64,000 nt of DNA, from NCBI RefSeq assembly GCF_045037415.1, contig NZ_CP173438.1; one strand, written 5' to 3'. A program made the position numbers and the translations under genes. The notes below the pieces were generated by a model. It worked only from the letters and a program-made list of their open reading frames with translations, had not been told where the DNA came from and made no database searches. Origin of the DNA: Escherichia coli (lineage in GTDB: Bacteria; Pseudomonadota; Gammaproteobacteria; Enterobacterales; Enterobacteriaceae). Shown here piece by piece: positions 63,438-64,000 of the stretch. Every line of letters starts with the position of its first letter. Positions within the stretch are counted from its first letter, which is position 1.

Positions 63438-64000
63438 TTAACGAGTGCCGTAAACGACGATGGTTTTACCGTGTGCGGAGATCAGGTTCTGATCTTCCAG
63501 CATCTTCAGAATGCGTCCCACGGTTTCACGAGAACAGCCGACAATCTGACCGATTTCCTGACGGGTAATTTTGATTTGCATACCGTCCGGGTGAGTCATA
63601 GCATCCGGTTGTTTTGCCAGATTCAGCAGAGTCTGTGCAATGCGGCCCGTCACGTCGAGGAACGCCAGGTTGCCCACTTTCTCTGAAGTGACTTGCAGAC
63701 GACGCGCCATCTGTGCAGACAGACGCATCAGAATGTCCGGGTTTACCTGAATCAATTGGCGAAATTTTTTGTACGAAATTTCAGCCACTTCACAGGCGGT
63801 TTTCGCACGTACCCATGCGCTACGTTCCTGGCCCTCTTCAAACAGGCCCAGTTCGCCAATAAAATCACCCTGATTCAGATAGGAGAGGATCATTTCTTTA
63901 CCCTCTTCGTCTTTGATCAGCACTGCCACAGAGCCTTTAACGATGTAGTACAGCGTTTCCGCTTTTTCACCCTGGTGAATAAGCGTGCTCTTGGATGGGT
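63438..64000 (-). CDS. crp: cAMP receptor protein CRP (5' end lies beyond window end)
   Basis: Minus-strand frame reads ...[54 protein letters not shown]...[30 protein letters not shown]; about the first 20 codons are outside the window. Confidence 0.96.

Overview
This 64 kb window reads as an enterobacterial (Escherichia coli-type) chromosomal core segment running from malT to crp, inverted relative to the usual K-12 map. All gene identities and the comparisons to K-12 are from recall of protein sequences and gene order, not from a database search. Gene order is malT(partial) / malPQ / gntT / nfuA / gntX / bioH / rpnA remnant / feoCBA / tex(yhgF) / greB / ompR-envZ / pck / yhgE / IS200-IS605-family element / hslO-hslR-yrfG-igaA / nudE / mrcA / hofMNOPQ / aroKB-damX-dam-rpe-gph-trpS / yhfZ-yhfY-yhfX-yhfW-php-yhfU-yhfT-yhfS / yhfL / cysG-nirCDB / tsgA / ppiA / yhfG-fic / pabA / argD / yhfK / crp(partial). 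No rRNA, tRNA, CRISPR array or prophage was seen. Almost everything is housekeeping; the one clearly accessory feature is a ~1.5 kb IS609-like insertion between yhgE and hslO with an intact TnpB (RuvC D/E/D plus zinc finger), a TnpA reduced to a 66 aa N-terminal fragment, and near-identical subterminal hairpins at both ends. That is the best candidate here for an RNA-guided (OMEGA-type) nuclease system, but it belongs to a described family, so I do not claim a new system. Other points worth a second look are a 5'-truncated rpnA(yhgA) remnant, an apparent absence of frlABCDR between yhfS and yhfL, the functionally unassigned yhfZ-yhfS operon, and a Fic protein whose motif reads [12 protein letters not shown] instead of the canonical Fic motif. 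Two real small genes (yhfL, yhfG, 55 aa each) are missing from the supplied ORF track because of its length cut-off.
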